From a virus (Duplodnaviria; Caudoviricetes): 43,239 nucleotides of DNA. The notes under the pieces are model-generated. The model searched no databases and had not been told where the DNA came from. It worked only from the letters and a program-made list of their open reading frames with translations. The position numbers and the translations under genes were made by a program. Positions 1-9,131 of this stretch are shown here, in pieces. The stretch's first letter is position 1. Each line of letters starts with the position of its first letter. Location: positions 1 to 43,239 of IMG/VR virus record IMGVR_UViG_3300039441_000062; one strand, 5' to 3'.

Positions 1-147
1 AAAGAAAGAGTTAGCCGATTATCACGAGTCGCAACGTCAGATCATGCGGCGTGAGTATCACCTCACAGAAAAGCAGATTAACGAGCTAGCCGAATGGATG
101 GAGAAAGATGGCGACGGCAATATGTACAAGTCGTACGAAGCAGCCTA
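1..147. repeat. Terminal direct repeat / circular assembly overlap (copy 1)
   Basis: 1-147 is identical to 43093-43239; unit genome length about 43,092 bp. Confidence 0.97.
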
Positions 148-376
148 TCGCTATCGGCAAGCTTTGTCCCAGCCGACTCTGCCAACGGGCACCGTGCCAC
201 CCCAACGCCAAAGTGCTTTCAGCCGTCAAACCATCGGGAGCGAACCGTGGCGAGAGGCATTCAAACGAGGAAGTGATCCGAAACATGCTTTACGCCAGAG
301 CAGAGACGGCGCCCGCGAATGGGCAAAAGAGATGTGGCAGAAGTCTGATCAAGAGTTCCTCGAATCCCGTAGATAA
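2..376 (+). CDS. C-terminal part of putative capsid scaffolding protein (gene starts at 42854 and wraps the circle)
   Basis: Same frame as ATG 42854 across the overlap; helical charged protein of 204 aa directly upstream of the capsid gene. Confidence 0.7.
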   Translation, partial: KKELADYHESQRQIMRREYHLTEKQINELAEWMEKDGDGNMYKSYEAAYRYRQALSQPTLPTGTVPPQRQSAFSRQTIGSEPWREAFKRGSDPKHALRQSRDGAREWAKEMWQKSDQEFLESRR

Positions 377-389
377 GACCCCAAAAATT

Positions 390-1499
390 ATGGACGTGTT
401 CCTTGTTGGTTTACTTCTGATTTTCCGATCTTTCAAAACTTCTCTTGGCGATTTAACGCTCCTGCTGCTTCAACAGTTAGGAGCGATTTTGTTTTTAGGG
501 CCACAGGCTCTTGGTACAGGTATTGAGCCTAGCGGCGCTCTTGGTGGCAACGAACTATCGTATGTCACCCGGCGTTCGTATCTCGGCTATGCCTATGCCC
601 AGATCTGGAACACGTCACCAACCTTAGTTGGCTTGTTGTCGGCTGCGACCCGCGAACCGGGCGGGCTGGATAACATGATGATCAATGTCCAGTACCAAGC
701 GGGCACGGTCCCGACTTACACGACCTTTACCGGAAACTTCCCCGCGCCTCAACGCTTACAGATGGTTCAGCCGGCAGCATATCCTTACGCCTTAACGGTC
801 TGCCCGATTCCGGTCTATTTCGCGGAACAACTGATTCAGGACGATCAGAAGATCCAAGACATCATCGATTTGAGGATGACCGATTGCGGTAACTCGACTC
901 GTGACCTTTGGGCCAATTCGCTCTGGAGCACACCTGGATCGCTTCCGGCTAACGCGATTCTGCCGATCTCGAACTTGATTGATGATGGCACGAATTTCTC
1001 TACTCTCGGAACAATCACCCGTAGCGGAAACGTGTGGTGGCAGTCAAAGCGCTACAATGTCAACTCTTCCATTACTCGTCTTCTCACCCTGCTTTACATC
1101 GTTGGCGTCATTAAGCAGCAGGGTGAAAAGCCGGACTTCGGAGTTACTGGCCCTTCAACTTGGGCGCAGCTAGCTCAAGATTATATCCCGCCAGAGCGTT
1201 ATACCTCCCCCGGAGTTAGTCCTACTTACATGAGCGGGTTCGACGCCATCGAAGTCTGCGGTGTGCCTATCTATCTTGATCCCTACGCCCCCGAAGGTTC
1301 GATCTGGCTGTTCAACACCAACTACATCACGGCGCGGATTCACCAGATGGCCGACTGGGAAATGATCGATTTCGTTTCGATGTTGCCGAACTTCTCGCTT
1401 AACTGGATCGCAGCGGTCGTACACGCCATGCAAATCATCCAGACCAAGCCGCGTGCGAACGGTGTGCTCTACAATATCACTGGAACGATCTCGCTTTAA
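390..1499 (+). CDS. Major capsid protein (HK97-fold)
   Basis: ATG 390 follows scaffold stop at 376; motifs GTGIEPSG..ELSYVTRR, GTITRS..WW, KPDFGVTGPSTW, GVPIYLDPYAPEGSIWLFNT; position in head module. Confidence 0.85.
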   Translation: MDVFLVGLLLIFRSFKTSLGDLTLLLLQQLGAILFLGPQALGTGIEPSGALGGNELSYVTRRSYLGYAYAQIWNTSPTLVGLLSAATREPGGLDNMMINVQYQAGTVPTYTTFTGNFPAPQRLQMVQPAAYPYALTVCPIPVYFAEQLIQDDQKIQDIIDLRMTDCGNSTRDLWANSLWSTPGSLPANAILPISNLIDDGTNFSTLGTITRSGNVWWQSKRYNVNSSITRLLTLLYIVGVIKQQGEKPDFGVTGPSTWAQLAQDYIPPERYTSPGVSPTYMSGFDAIEVCGVPIYLDPYAPEGSIWLFNTNYITARIHQMADWEMIDFVSMLPNFSLNWIAAVVHAMQIIQTKPRANGVLYNITGTISL

Positions 1500-1502
1500 C
1501 CA

Positions 1503-2042
1503 ATGGCCTATAACCAAGCCGCAGCTTTGACCCTCGTTTTCGGCAACGTCCAAGGCGGCGTTATCGGATCGAGTAGCCCTGTTGCTGCCCCCGGAAATTT
1601 CCAGACTTTCCAGATCATTAGTCCCTGGGGTCAGACACAAGCGGCTCTGGTTTGGGAAGAAGCATGGAATCAACTTTTTCGCAGTGGGCAACCGTACGGC
1701 AATATTGATGTTGGCCGACTTGGTAATTACCTGGATCTGGGAGTGGTCAATGGTCCTACGCCGACACCGTTTAATTATAGTTATAACGGAACATTTACTC
1801 TTACTTCGGCAACAATAACGTCTGTTTCAGGAATAGGCGGTACAACCGTTGCCGGATTAACGCCCGGGATGTTAGTGTTTTGTTCGGCAGCAGGACTTGT
1901 GGGTCTTTGTTATATCGTTTCGATACCGAGCGCTAACTCGATAACCTTGAACCAAACTTTTGGCGGCACAACTGGGTCGTATACTTTCTATGTAGTGCCT
2001 TGTCCTTCGTCTGGCGCAAATGACATTATCTCAACTCCATGA
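1503..2042 (+). CDS. Putative capsid decoration / minor structural protein
   Basis: Follows capsid gene; Thr/Gly/Ser-rich beta protein with a ~70-aa module shared with the next gene and the nozzle. Confidence 0.6.
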   Translation: MAYNQAAALTLVFGNVQGGVIGSSSPVAAPGNFQTFQIISPWGQTQAALVWEEAWNQLFRSGQPYGNIDVGRLGNYLDLGVVNGPTPTPFNYSYNGTFTLTSATITSVSGIGGTTVAGLTPGMLVFCSAAGLVGLCYIVSIPSANSITLNQTFGGTTGSYTFYVVPCPSSGANDIISTP

Positions 2043-2743
2043 TCCTCGAATTACTTCTTAAGCTTCTAACGCGCTTAGGCGCGATTAAATGGACGTTCGG
2101 CTTTTCTGAGGTCGGTGTCCCGGTTATCCCTGCGGCGGCTCAATGGCTGGCGAGCGTGGTTACGACTCAGACCGGTACGCTGACAAACGGTAGCCCGAAC
2201 ATTACTGCGTTGACGACTACGGCTGGGTTATCGGTCGGCCAATCGGTGACGATCTCAATTGCCGGTCTGCCGCAGCCCGCTTACATCACTTCGATTATCT
2301 CAGGTACATCTGTCGGCTTAAACCAGACTTTCGCGGGAACTACGGGTTCAGCAACTGTCAGCTTTTATCCCTATGATGCTAACCAGTCAGTATGGGCTGG
2401 AGCCTTCTCTGGTTTCAGTGGACCTCCTCAGTCTGCGATTGTTACAGACACACCTGACTGCCCATTCAACATCCCTGATGCTCAGGTTGTGCCAACAGGC
2501 ACAACCTTTGTACCGGCACCAGGACGAGGCGTGGTTACGATGTCGACATTCACGACTACAGCCGGAGGTATCCAGTACAACATCAATGGAACCTGGACTA
2601 GTGTTTGGCTAGGAAGCACGGCAGCAGCGTCAAGTGCGTACACCATGGCTGATGGAGTCAATGTCAGGTGGAACAACCTCGGAAGTGCTGCGGTGACTTT
2701 CACATTTTACCGGGAACGATCCTCGAAATCGACTAGCATCTAA
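2039..2743 (+). CDS. Putative capsid decoration/spike protein with hydrophobic N-terminal leader
   Basis: ATGA-coupled; beta-rich; shares LNQTF.GTTGS module; leader resembles capsid leader. Confidence 0.6.
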   Translation: MILELLLKLLTRLGAIKWTFGFSEVGVPVIPAAAQWLASVVTTQTGTLTNGSPNITALTTTAGLSVGQSVTISIAGLPQPAYITSIISGTSVGLNQTFAGTTGSATVSFYPYDANQSVWAGAFSGFSGPPQSAIVTDTPDCPFNIPDAQVVPTGTTFVPAPGRGVVTMSTFTTTAGGIQYNINGTWTSVWLGSTAAASSAYTMADGVNVRWNNLGSAAVTFTFYRERSSKSTSI

Positions 2744-2746
2744 GCC

Positions 2747-3220
2747 ATGCCTACTACGATCCCTATTCATCAGTGTTGGGTGGCCATCAAGAACACCGGG
2801 CCGGTTACCTTGCACCGGCCTTACGACAAGAAGAACTACGAGTTTCCGCGCGGAGGCAAGATCACGGTCATCTCCTACGAGGTGGCTTTGCATATCTTCG
2901 GGTTCGAACTTAGTCCGAAAGGAGTGCTTTTTCGGAACGAACGCGAGAAGTACGAAACCGGAGAAGACACTTGCTGGTATAGCGCCCGCGCGAATTTCCT
3001 ACCCTGGGGCTGGTCAATTGATACCCCCGAAAACGAGAAGCCTTTCAACCCTCGGGCGCCGAAAGACAAGCAAGTGTCGAAACGCGAGATGTTCGAGCTG
3101 CTTAAAGACACGTGGGAAAATCATATCGAAGCCCGGTTGATCGCTTATCCGAAAGAATTGAGTGATGCGCAGTTTAACGAACTGCCGGCTAGCGGTCATT
3201 TGGAGCCTGTAACTACGTAA
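2747..3220 (+). CDS. Hypothetical protein of the morphogenesis module
   Basis: 157-aa ORF tightly packed in the structural operon. Confidence 0.6.
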   Translation: MPTTIPIHQCWVAIKNTGPVTLHRPYDKKNYEFPRGGKITVISYEVALHIFGFELSPKGVLFRNEREKYETGEDTCWYSARANFLPWGWSIDTPENEKPFNPRAPKDKQVSKREMFELLKDTWENHIEARLIAYPKELSDAQFNELPASGHLEPVTT

Positions 3221-3226
3221 CGGCAT

Positions 3227-3919
3227 GTGGCGGCAACACTTCAATCGTACATTTTCTTTACCCAACGTCTGCTGCATGACGCGCAAGCACAGACGTGGCC
3301 CGTCTCGCCTGACCTAATCAATTACGTCAATTTAGCGCGTGATAGGGTAGCACTCGATACCGCCGCTACTCGGGTGCTACCCATTATTACTCTCAACGCG
3401 CTGCAAGAGCGCTACTCGCACGCCTATGTACAGCAAGCGGTGCTGAACCTTGCTTGGCAATTTAACGGCACGGCGCCGGCCAGTCGCGGAATCGGGTGCG
3501 TAATCGGTATCAACTGCATCCAGTCAACCGCGTATCAGCCGCCGCTGTCGCGCATGGCTTGGACTGAACTCAATGTGCGCTATCGGCAAGGTGGGCCGAC
3601 TACTGCGGGAAGTTTTCCTGAAGCTTGGGCGCCCTACGCCGATAACCAAAACTTTTACATTGCCTGTGTTCCAGGTAGCACGCTCACAGCCGAAATCGAT
3701 TGCCAGTTTTTGCCTAATCCGCTGGTTAATTTGACCGATAACGAAACGGCGATTGCCGATCCCTTGAGCGATCTTGTGCCGCTAATGGCTGCTCGTTGGG
3801 CGATGTATTACATGGACGAGCAAGACACCGCTTTAGTCTTCTGGACTCATTATCTGAAGGAGCGTGATGAACTCGTAGCCCAATTACCGGGCTTTGCCGG
3901 GTTCAATGTACAGACATGA
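3227..3919 (+). CDS. Head-tail adaptor protein (podovirus, T7 gp11/P22 gp4-like position)
   Basis: GTG start; TLQSYI...RLLHD...W...DLINYVNLARDRVA helical N-terminus typical of adaptors; precedes nozzle. Confidence 0.7.
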   Translation: MAATLQSYIFFTQRLLHDAQAQTWPVSPDLINYVNLARDRVALDTAATRVLPIITLNALQERYSHAYVQQAVLNLAWQFNGTAPASRGIGCVIGINCIQSTAYQPPLSRMAWTELNVRYRQGGPTTAGSFPEAWAPYADNQNFYIACVPGSTLTAEIDCQFLPNPLVNLTDNETAIADPLSDLVPLMAARWAMYYMDEQDTALVFWTHYLKERDELVAQLPGFAGFNVQT

Positions 3920-5757
3920 GTGGAGCTCTAGCAGAGTACGCACCAGACACGATTGTTTCGCGAGAACAGGAGCCGCCTAAGAAAAGCGAGCACGCGAGCG
4001 AATGGCAAATCCCGATGATCGGCACCTCGCCGGTGACCGGGTTGCCCGGTGCGCCGGTCTGGGGCGGGATCAATAAGTTTTCTCTGGGAAGCCGGTACTC
4101 TTGTGGTGATGCCGATAGCGATGACGAATACAACTGGTTACCGATGATCGGGACCAAGGTGCAACTCCCCACCCCTGGAACAACCATCGCGACCCTAATA
4201 GCAACGCTCATTTGGCAGACTGAGATCTATTTCAATAACAACCTGTACATGTTTTGCATGTGCTCGAACGGGCACCTTTATCAGGTCACAACCTCGGGCA
4301 CGATCACTGATATCTGGGCTACGGCGCAATTCAGTTTAACCGGCACGTTGAACGGTACGACTTCGGTGACCGGTATATCCAGCACCGCGAATATCTCAGT
4401 TGGGATGAGTGTTAGTGGAACTGACATTCAATCTGGAACGATCGTTACCCAGATCAATTCAGGTACCGCTATTACGATCAGTTTAGCCGCTACCGGCAGC
4501 ACGACCACTTCCCTTTCGTTTTCGACCCCGCTGTTTACAACTAGCGGCACCGTTGACATTAGCGTCTGGCAAAATACCAACATCCTGATTTCTGATAGTG
4601 CGGCTCAGAACATTTACAACTGGAACGGCACCCAGCTTTTCATCGCTTTAAATGCGCAACCGGTCCAATACATCACCGTTTTCCAGCAACGGCTCTGGAT
4701 GGGGTTTAACTCGACGGTCCAATGGACCAACATCAATACTTTCAATTCGCTCTCAGGCGATTCGGGCAGTTTCCTCATCACCGATGCGCAATGCTCAAAC
4801 CCAATTAATTGTTTACTAGATAGTCCGTTTGGCCTTTTCTTGAGTGGCTCGAACTGGATTAAGTTCATTACCAACTTGAACGATGTCGGTTCGCCGGCAG
4901 TTCTCACTTTCCAGCAAAACACGATTGAAGGTCAGATCGGTCCTTATAGCAAGTGGAGTGTACTGGTTGTTGGCGGCAGCATGTTTTTCGGGAATACAGC
5001 AGGCTATTGGCAATTGAACGGGTCACAGCCAGCCCAGATATCGAGTCCGTTCCTGAACCAGTTTTTCGCTAATTTTGCTTATCCACAGACTACTTTGAGC
5101 GCGACCTATGGGATGATCAATTCCGTGCCGTGCGTATTTTTCCAAGCCTATTACAACGGTGATCAGAATGTCTCGGCTGGTTACCGGCTCTTTGGTTATA
5201 CGCTTCAGGGCAATCAATGGTTCAGCGTGAATCAAGGCACGATTGCTTGGGTCAGCGGTGCTGTGTCGGTTGCGAACACAAACCAGAATCCCTTGATCTG
5301 GGCGTGTGACGGGACACACCTCTTTCAGATGTTCGCGGTTACGAACGTTGCCCAAAACTCGCAGTGGAACTCGAAACTGTGGACCATGGGAAGCCAACTC
5401 GATATCGACAATATCCTGAACGTTGCCCTCGAAGTGATTGCGAACGGCCCATGTACTATCACGGTTGGGATGGTCAATGAGACTAATATCGTGCAGTATA
5501 CCCCTCCAGCTCAGAGTATCACGCCAGGACTTTTGATCTGGACTAATAACCTTGGGCAAGTGATCCAGTTCGTGAACAATTCTGGCGCAGCTATCAATTT
5601 CATCGGCAACGGCAACCCTACTTATTTTTTGTTCCAATCGGACGGTCTTGGCCGATGCCGGCGCTTCGGGATCAACGCAACCGTAAACGGCGCCGGATGC
5701 GTTTTAGTGAGTGTTACGGTTAGCATCCACAAAACCGAGGCCAGCAGAGGTTCCTAG
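3916..5757 (+). CDS. Tail nozzle / packaged-DNA stabilisation protein (P22 gp10/T7 gp12-like beta-propeller)
   Basis: 613 aa, beta-propeller-like repeats (ITVFQQRLW, SVLVVGGSMFF), follows adaptor. Confidence 0.7.
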   Translation: MSGALAEYAPDTIVSREQEPPKKSEHASEWQIPMIGTSPVTGLPGAPVWGGINKFSLGSRYSCGDADSDDEYNWLPMIGTKVQLPTPGTTIATLIATLIWQTEIYFNNNLYMFCMCSNGHLYQVTTSGTITDIWATAQFSLTGTLNGTTSVTGISSTANISVGMSVSGTDIQSGTIVTQINSGTAITISLAATGSTTTSLSFSTPLFTTSGTVDISVWQNTNILISDSAAQNIYNWNGTQLFIALNAQPVQYITVFQQRLWMGFNSTVQWTNINTFNSLSGDSGSFLITDAQCSNPINCLLDSPFGLFLSGSNWIKFITNLNDVGSPAVLTFQQNTIEGQIGPYSKWSVLVVGGSMFFGNTAGYWQLNGSQPAQISSPFLNQFFANFAYPQTTLSATYGMINSVPCVFFQAYYNGDQNVSAGYRLFGYTLQGNQWFSVNQGTIAWVSGAVSVANTNQNPLIWACDGTHLFQMFAVTNVAQNSQWNSKLWTMGSQLDIDNILNVALEVIANGPCTITVGMVNETNIVQYTPPAQSITPGLLIWTNNLGQVIQFVNNSGAAINFIGNGNPTYFLFQSDGLGRCRRFGINATVNGAGCVLVSVTVSIHKTEASRGS

Positions 5758-5758
5758 T

Positions 5759-6574
5759 ATGGCTAATCGCGCAACACCGCTGACTTTCATCGAAACCCTA
5801 TCGGGCAACATTCTCGCTTCGACCTATTTCGATAACAATATCAGTCCGGCCTTTACGGCGATTAATGACGCCACTCTAGGCTGGGTCAACGGGATTGCGG
5901 TAGATTCTGGAAGTGCTAACAACTACGTTCTGACGCCTGTGTTCGGCGTCACCAGCTCGCCAAACCCTGGGATGTTAATTGCTTTTCTTCCGGCCAACAC
6001 CAATACCGGGGCGAGCAATCTGACCTTTGGTACGCTCACTTCTCAATCAATCGTGGATTGGGCCGGTAACCCGGTAGTACCGGGTGCGATTCAGGCCGGT
6101 AAACTTACTCTGGTTACTTACCTTTCGGGTGCATTCCGGTTGCTTTACACGACTGTGCCGGGAGTCTTTCTTTACAATTCGGCGTTACCGTCTGGTGGCG
6201 GCGCCGTCCAGATTAATTGCGCTGGTTATAGCCAGATCGCGATCATGCTCAATGCCGCTTCCTTAGGCAACCATACCTGGACCATTACCCTTAATGGCGC
6301 AGCCTGGGGTGCGCATATTGATGTACAGATTAGAACCGCTGGCGCTGCTCAAGTATTCAAATGGGGCGGGACCGATCAGGCCGGGAACTCGTTTAACAAT
6401 CTGCGTGCTTATTATCCAGTGACTTCAACCAGCGGTAACCTTGTTACCTTTCAGTTTACAAACTTAGCTACTGCCGGTGATAGCGCTCCTAATTTTTTAC
6501 AGTACAACGGAGCGGTGCTCCTAGATTCAGTAGCCAGTGTTACGAATCTGCAGTTCTTTGGGATCTACAACTAA
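5759..6574 (+). CDS. Tail fibre / receptor-binding protein
   Basis: DSGSANNYVLT...GMLIAFLPANTNTGASNL shoulder-type motif common in tail fibres; beta-rich C-terminus. Confidence 0.65.
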   Translation: MANRATPLTFIETLSGNILASTYFDNNISPAFTAINDATLGWVNGIAVDSGSANNYVLTPVFGVTSSPNPGMLIAFLPANTNTGASNLTFGTLTSQSIVDWAGNPVVPGAIQAGKLTLVTYLSGAFRLLYTTVPGVFLYNSALPSGGGAVQINCAGYSQIAIMLNAASLGNHTWTITLNGAAWGAHIDVQIRTAGAAQVFKWGGTDQAGNSFNNLRAYYPVTSTSGNLVTFQFTNLATAGDSAPNFLQYNGAVLLDSVASVTNLQFFGIYN

Positions 6575-7077
6575 TGAATCCGAGCATCAATCCGATCACG
6601 TTCCAAACGATGAAGATTGGGACGATGCAAGAGCAACAGCAGTTCTTATTTAAGCTATCGCAATTGCTTGGTCAGATTGTTTCTACGGTGAGCGGGATTC
6701 AGGCACAGGATATTCCATTGATCACACCGTTTACCTCAAACATCGGTGCGATTGGGGCAACCCGTAACATCAATTGCAAGGGCTCCTTGTTCGTGGCGAT
6801 TGGGATAACGTTCTCAGGAAACCCGACGGTGACTCTGAACAATCTGCCGATTGGCGCAGTCATCTTCATGACGCTCACCAATACGGCGGGTGCAGGCCGA
6901 ACTTTGACCTTGGCCGCGAACACGCCGAGTCCAGTGACAGCTTACACGGCAATTTCAGTGTCGACGCCGAGCGGAATAGTGAATCCTTTTACTGGCTGGT
7001 CCATAGGGGCGGGTGTTACGCATTACATCTTCGGGCAATCGATGGCCGGACCAATTCTTAACTTTGTAGCCGATTAA
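6574..7077 (+). CDS. Short tail fibre/tip protein paralogous to the preceding C-terminal domain
   Basis: TAATG coupling; INC.G...AI...GN.T.TLN...GA.I motif shared with 5759-6574. Confidence 0.6.
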   Translation: MNPSINPITFQTMKIGTMQEQQQFLFKLSQLLGQIVSTVSGIQAQDIPLITPFTSNIGAIGATRNINCKGSLFVAIGITFSGNPTVTLNNLPIGAVIFMTLTNTAGAGRTLTLAANTPSPVTAYTAISVSTPSGIVNPFTGWSIGAGVTHYIFGQSMAGPILNFVAD

Positions 7078-7616
7078 ACGTTTCTAACAAAACCTTCTTC
7101 AATCTCATGCCTAGCCGGGACCAACTCTCGCAGCTCGCGAATGACCTTAAAAAACAGACGGTTCTTGTGCGCCCACGCTACGTATGGTTTCTGTGCCGAG
7201 CGCAGGAAGGCGAGCACATTCTGATAAAGTCCTTTAGCCCAAAGGGAATCGATCCAGACGACTTCGCCAGCCGGATCAAAACTGAACAAGGTCTTGAAGT
7301 AATCAATGTCAGTGTCAAAGACCCACCCCATTCTGACTGGTCTGGCGAGAAGATAACCTATCGTAACATTGGGATCTTTAACGGCAGACCCGAAGAATTG
7401 TCCAAGATCATGGACGACACTGCTCGGAACCGGACCTTTGACCGATGAAATGAATATTTTCGCGAAATCGTGTGCGATCATGAACCGGAGCCATAAATCC
7501 GTCATTTCTTCGCGACTGGTTTCTTTCTCGTTTAGTACGAATGTTTCAGGCCAATGTTTGAAGAAATGCTCAGTAACTGAACTCTTTAACCAATCGTAAG
7601 CCAATGGAGGTAACAT
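7074..7616 (-). CDS. Putative GNAT/TAAT(HlyC)-like acyltransferase, inverted within the structural operon
   Basis: Exactly fills the 7077-7622 gap; TIGYLLA...DPAGEVVWIDSLWAKG resembles acyltransferase strands; start codon uncertain (7616 or 7667). Confidence 0.5.
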   Translation of the reverse strand: MLPPLAYDWLKSSVTEHFFKHWPETFVLNEKETSREEMTDLWLRFMIAHDFAKIFISSVKGPVPSSVVHDLGQFFGSAVKDPNVTIGYLLARPVRMGWVFDTDIDYFKTLFSFDPAGEVVWIDSLWAKGLYQNVLAFLRSAQKPYVAWAHKNRLFFKVIRELRELVPARHEIEEGFVRNV

Positions 7617-7621
7617 AAAAT

Positions 7622-9124
7622 ATGGGCGGTAAAGGTGGTGGTGGCGGTAACGTCCAGACTCCTTCACTGTACACTCCGAGCGGATTTTACCAAGGCTTGT
7701 CGGAGTTAGAAGGTCTCGGCACTTACGGACAATCGCTTTTCAATCCGCTAAGCTCAATGATCAATTGGGCGTCCAGCATCGCGACTGGCGGCGCTGCTGA
7801 GGGGATCGGTTCTTACGGCGCTAATTCGCTTGTTACCGGGCCGCAGATCAATATTGGCGGCAGTCATAAGCCAGCCGATCAATGGACGACACAGTTCAAT
7901 CCGCAGACCGGGCAGGTCACGCTCACCAACACAATGACGGGTGAGCAAATGATGGAAGGCGTCACTAGTCCACAGCTTCAATCTTGGTTCGCTAATCAGG
8001 GTGGTGGGCCGCAAACCCTACAGCAATGGACGCAGCAATGGCAGCAAGCGACCGGGGGCACCGGCACGAGTGGGGGAGGTGTTAGCACTGGTCCTTTCGG
8101 GCCGGGTGGACCGAATACCGGCTCTAACCCGATGCTGGCCGGAGGCGGCAACAACTGGGGTCCGCAGCTTAACGCGGCTTGGGATCAGATCGAGGGGATC
8201 GGTAACCTGGAAGCTGAGACGGGAGCTTGGACACGCGAACAGCAACTTCAGGCTGGTCAGCTTTACGGCGAAGGGCAAAAGATGCTTCGCCAAGCAACGA
8301 CAGGGCTGGGAACTTACCCGTCGCAGACTGCTTGGATTAATCAGGGGGTCAGCTCTGAACAAGCCAGTTTACAGCAGCAGTTGGCTAGTGAAGGACTAGG
8401 TTCATCTACTGCGGCTGGTGTGCTCAAAGGCGAAGCCGCGCAACAAGGCGCGGCGACAGCCGGCCAATTGATCGAGGGAAATATTTCTGCTGCTCAGAAT
8501 CAGATCGCTTTATCGCAAGCCTCTCAGAAGCTCGCTCTTGGCGGACAAGAATTAAGTCTAGGCGAGAACACGGCGATGGCTCAACTGTCGCTCGGGTTCC
8601 AGCAACAGATGTGGAGCCAAGCCATGCAAGGGTATGGCGCCATGGGATCACTAATGTCGACCTTGGGCAACTTGTACGGGATCGATATTCAGGGCTATTC
8701 GAATCTGCTCTCAAGCCATCTGCAAATGGCTCAACTGCAAGCGCAGGTTCAGGAAGCTGATGCTGGACTACAGGCGCAGGGCGCCGCATCGATGGGTAGC
8801 GGGCTCGGGAGCATCCTCGGATTACTTAGCGGCGGTGGCGGGGCGGGTGGTGGTGCCGGTGGTGGTGGAGGTGGCGGACTTCTAGGCGGGCTAGGCAGTT
8901 TGTTTGGCGGGATTGGCGGTACAACCGCAGGGGTGGGCGGATTAAGCGCTCTTGATTCCAGTGTGCTAGGGGGAGGTGCCGCTAGCGTGCTTGGCGGGAC
9001 TGGTGGCGCAGCGGCGGCTGGAGGTGGCGGTCTTCTAGGCGGGCTCGGTAGTCTGATTGGTGGTGCTGGAAGTGGCATTGGAAGTGCCATAGGCGGGTTA
9101 GTCGGATTAATCGCAGCATTTTAA
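7622..9124 (+). CDS. Ejection (pilot / DNA-transfer) protein with Gly-rich termini
   Basis: MGGKGGGGG N-terminus, Gln/Ala-rich helical core, hydrophobic glycine-zipper C-terminus; GGAGG at 7606-7610. Confidence 0.7.
   Translation: MGGKGGGGGNVQTPSLYTPSGFYQGLSELEGLGTYGQSLFNPLSSMINWASSIATGGAAEGIGSYGANSLVTGPQINIGGSHKPADQWTTQFNPQTGQVTLTNTMTGEQMMEGVTSPQLQSWFANQGGGPQTLQQWTQQWQQATGGTGTSGGGVSTGPFGPGGPNTGSNPMLAGGGNNWGPQLNAAWDQIEGIGNLEAETGAWTREQQLQAGQLYGEGQKMLRQATTGLGTYPSQTAWINQGVSSEQASLQQQLASEGLGSSTAAGVLKGEAAQQGAATAGQLIEGNISAAQNQIALSQASQKLALGGQELSLGENTAMAQLSLGFQQQMWSQAMQGYGAMGSLMSTLGNLYGIDIQGYSNLLSSHLQMAQLQAQVQEADAGLQAQGAASMGSGLGSILGLLSGGGGAGGGAGGGGGGGLLGGLGSLFGGIGGTTAGVGGLSALDSSVLGGGAASVLGGTGGAAAAGGGGLLGGLGSLIGGAGSGIGSAIGGLVGLIAAF
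8867..9064 (+). repeat. Internal duplication GGGGLLGGLGSL(F/I)GG
   Basis: Copies at 8867-8911 and 9020-9064, 14/15 aa identical. Confidence 0.85.
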
Positions 9125-9131
9125 AACGTCC

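Noticed and set aside
1-147. Biological terminal repeat (T7-like DTR)
   Set aside because: Falls mid-gene and is of assembler-overlap size; best read as a circularisation artefact
108-389. ORF-track start of the capsid at 108
   Set aside because: Overlaps the scaffold gene; ATG 390 just after the scaffold stop is more parsimonious
7107-7448. Plus-strand 113-aa ORF as the real gene in this gap
   Set aside because: Leaves about 170 bp unexplained and has no recognisable motif; the minus ORF fills the gap exactly (not fully excluded)
8749-9090. Pro-rich minus-strand ORF and similar long antisense ORFs (e.g. 5023-5637, 1170-1691)
   Set aside because: Shadows of Gly-rich or biased sense-strand genes
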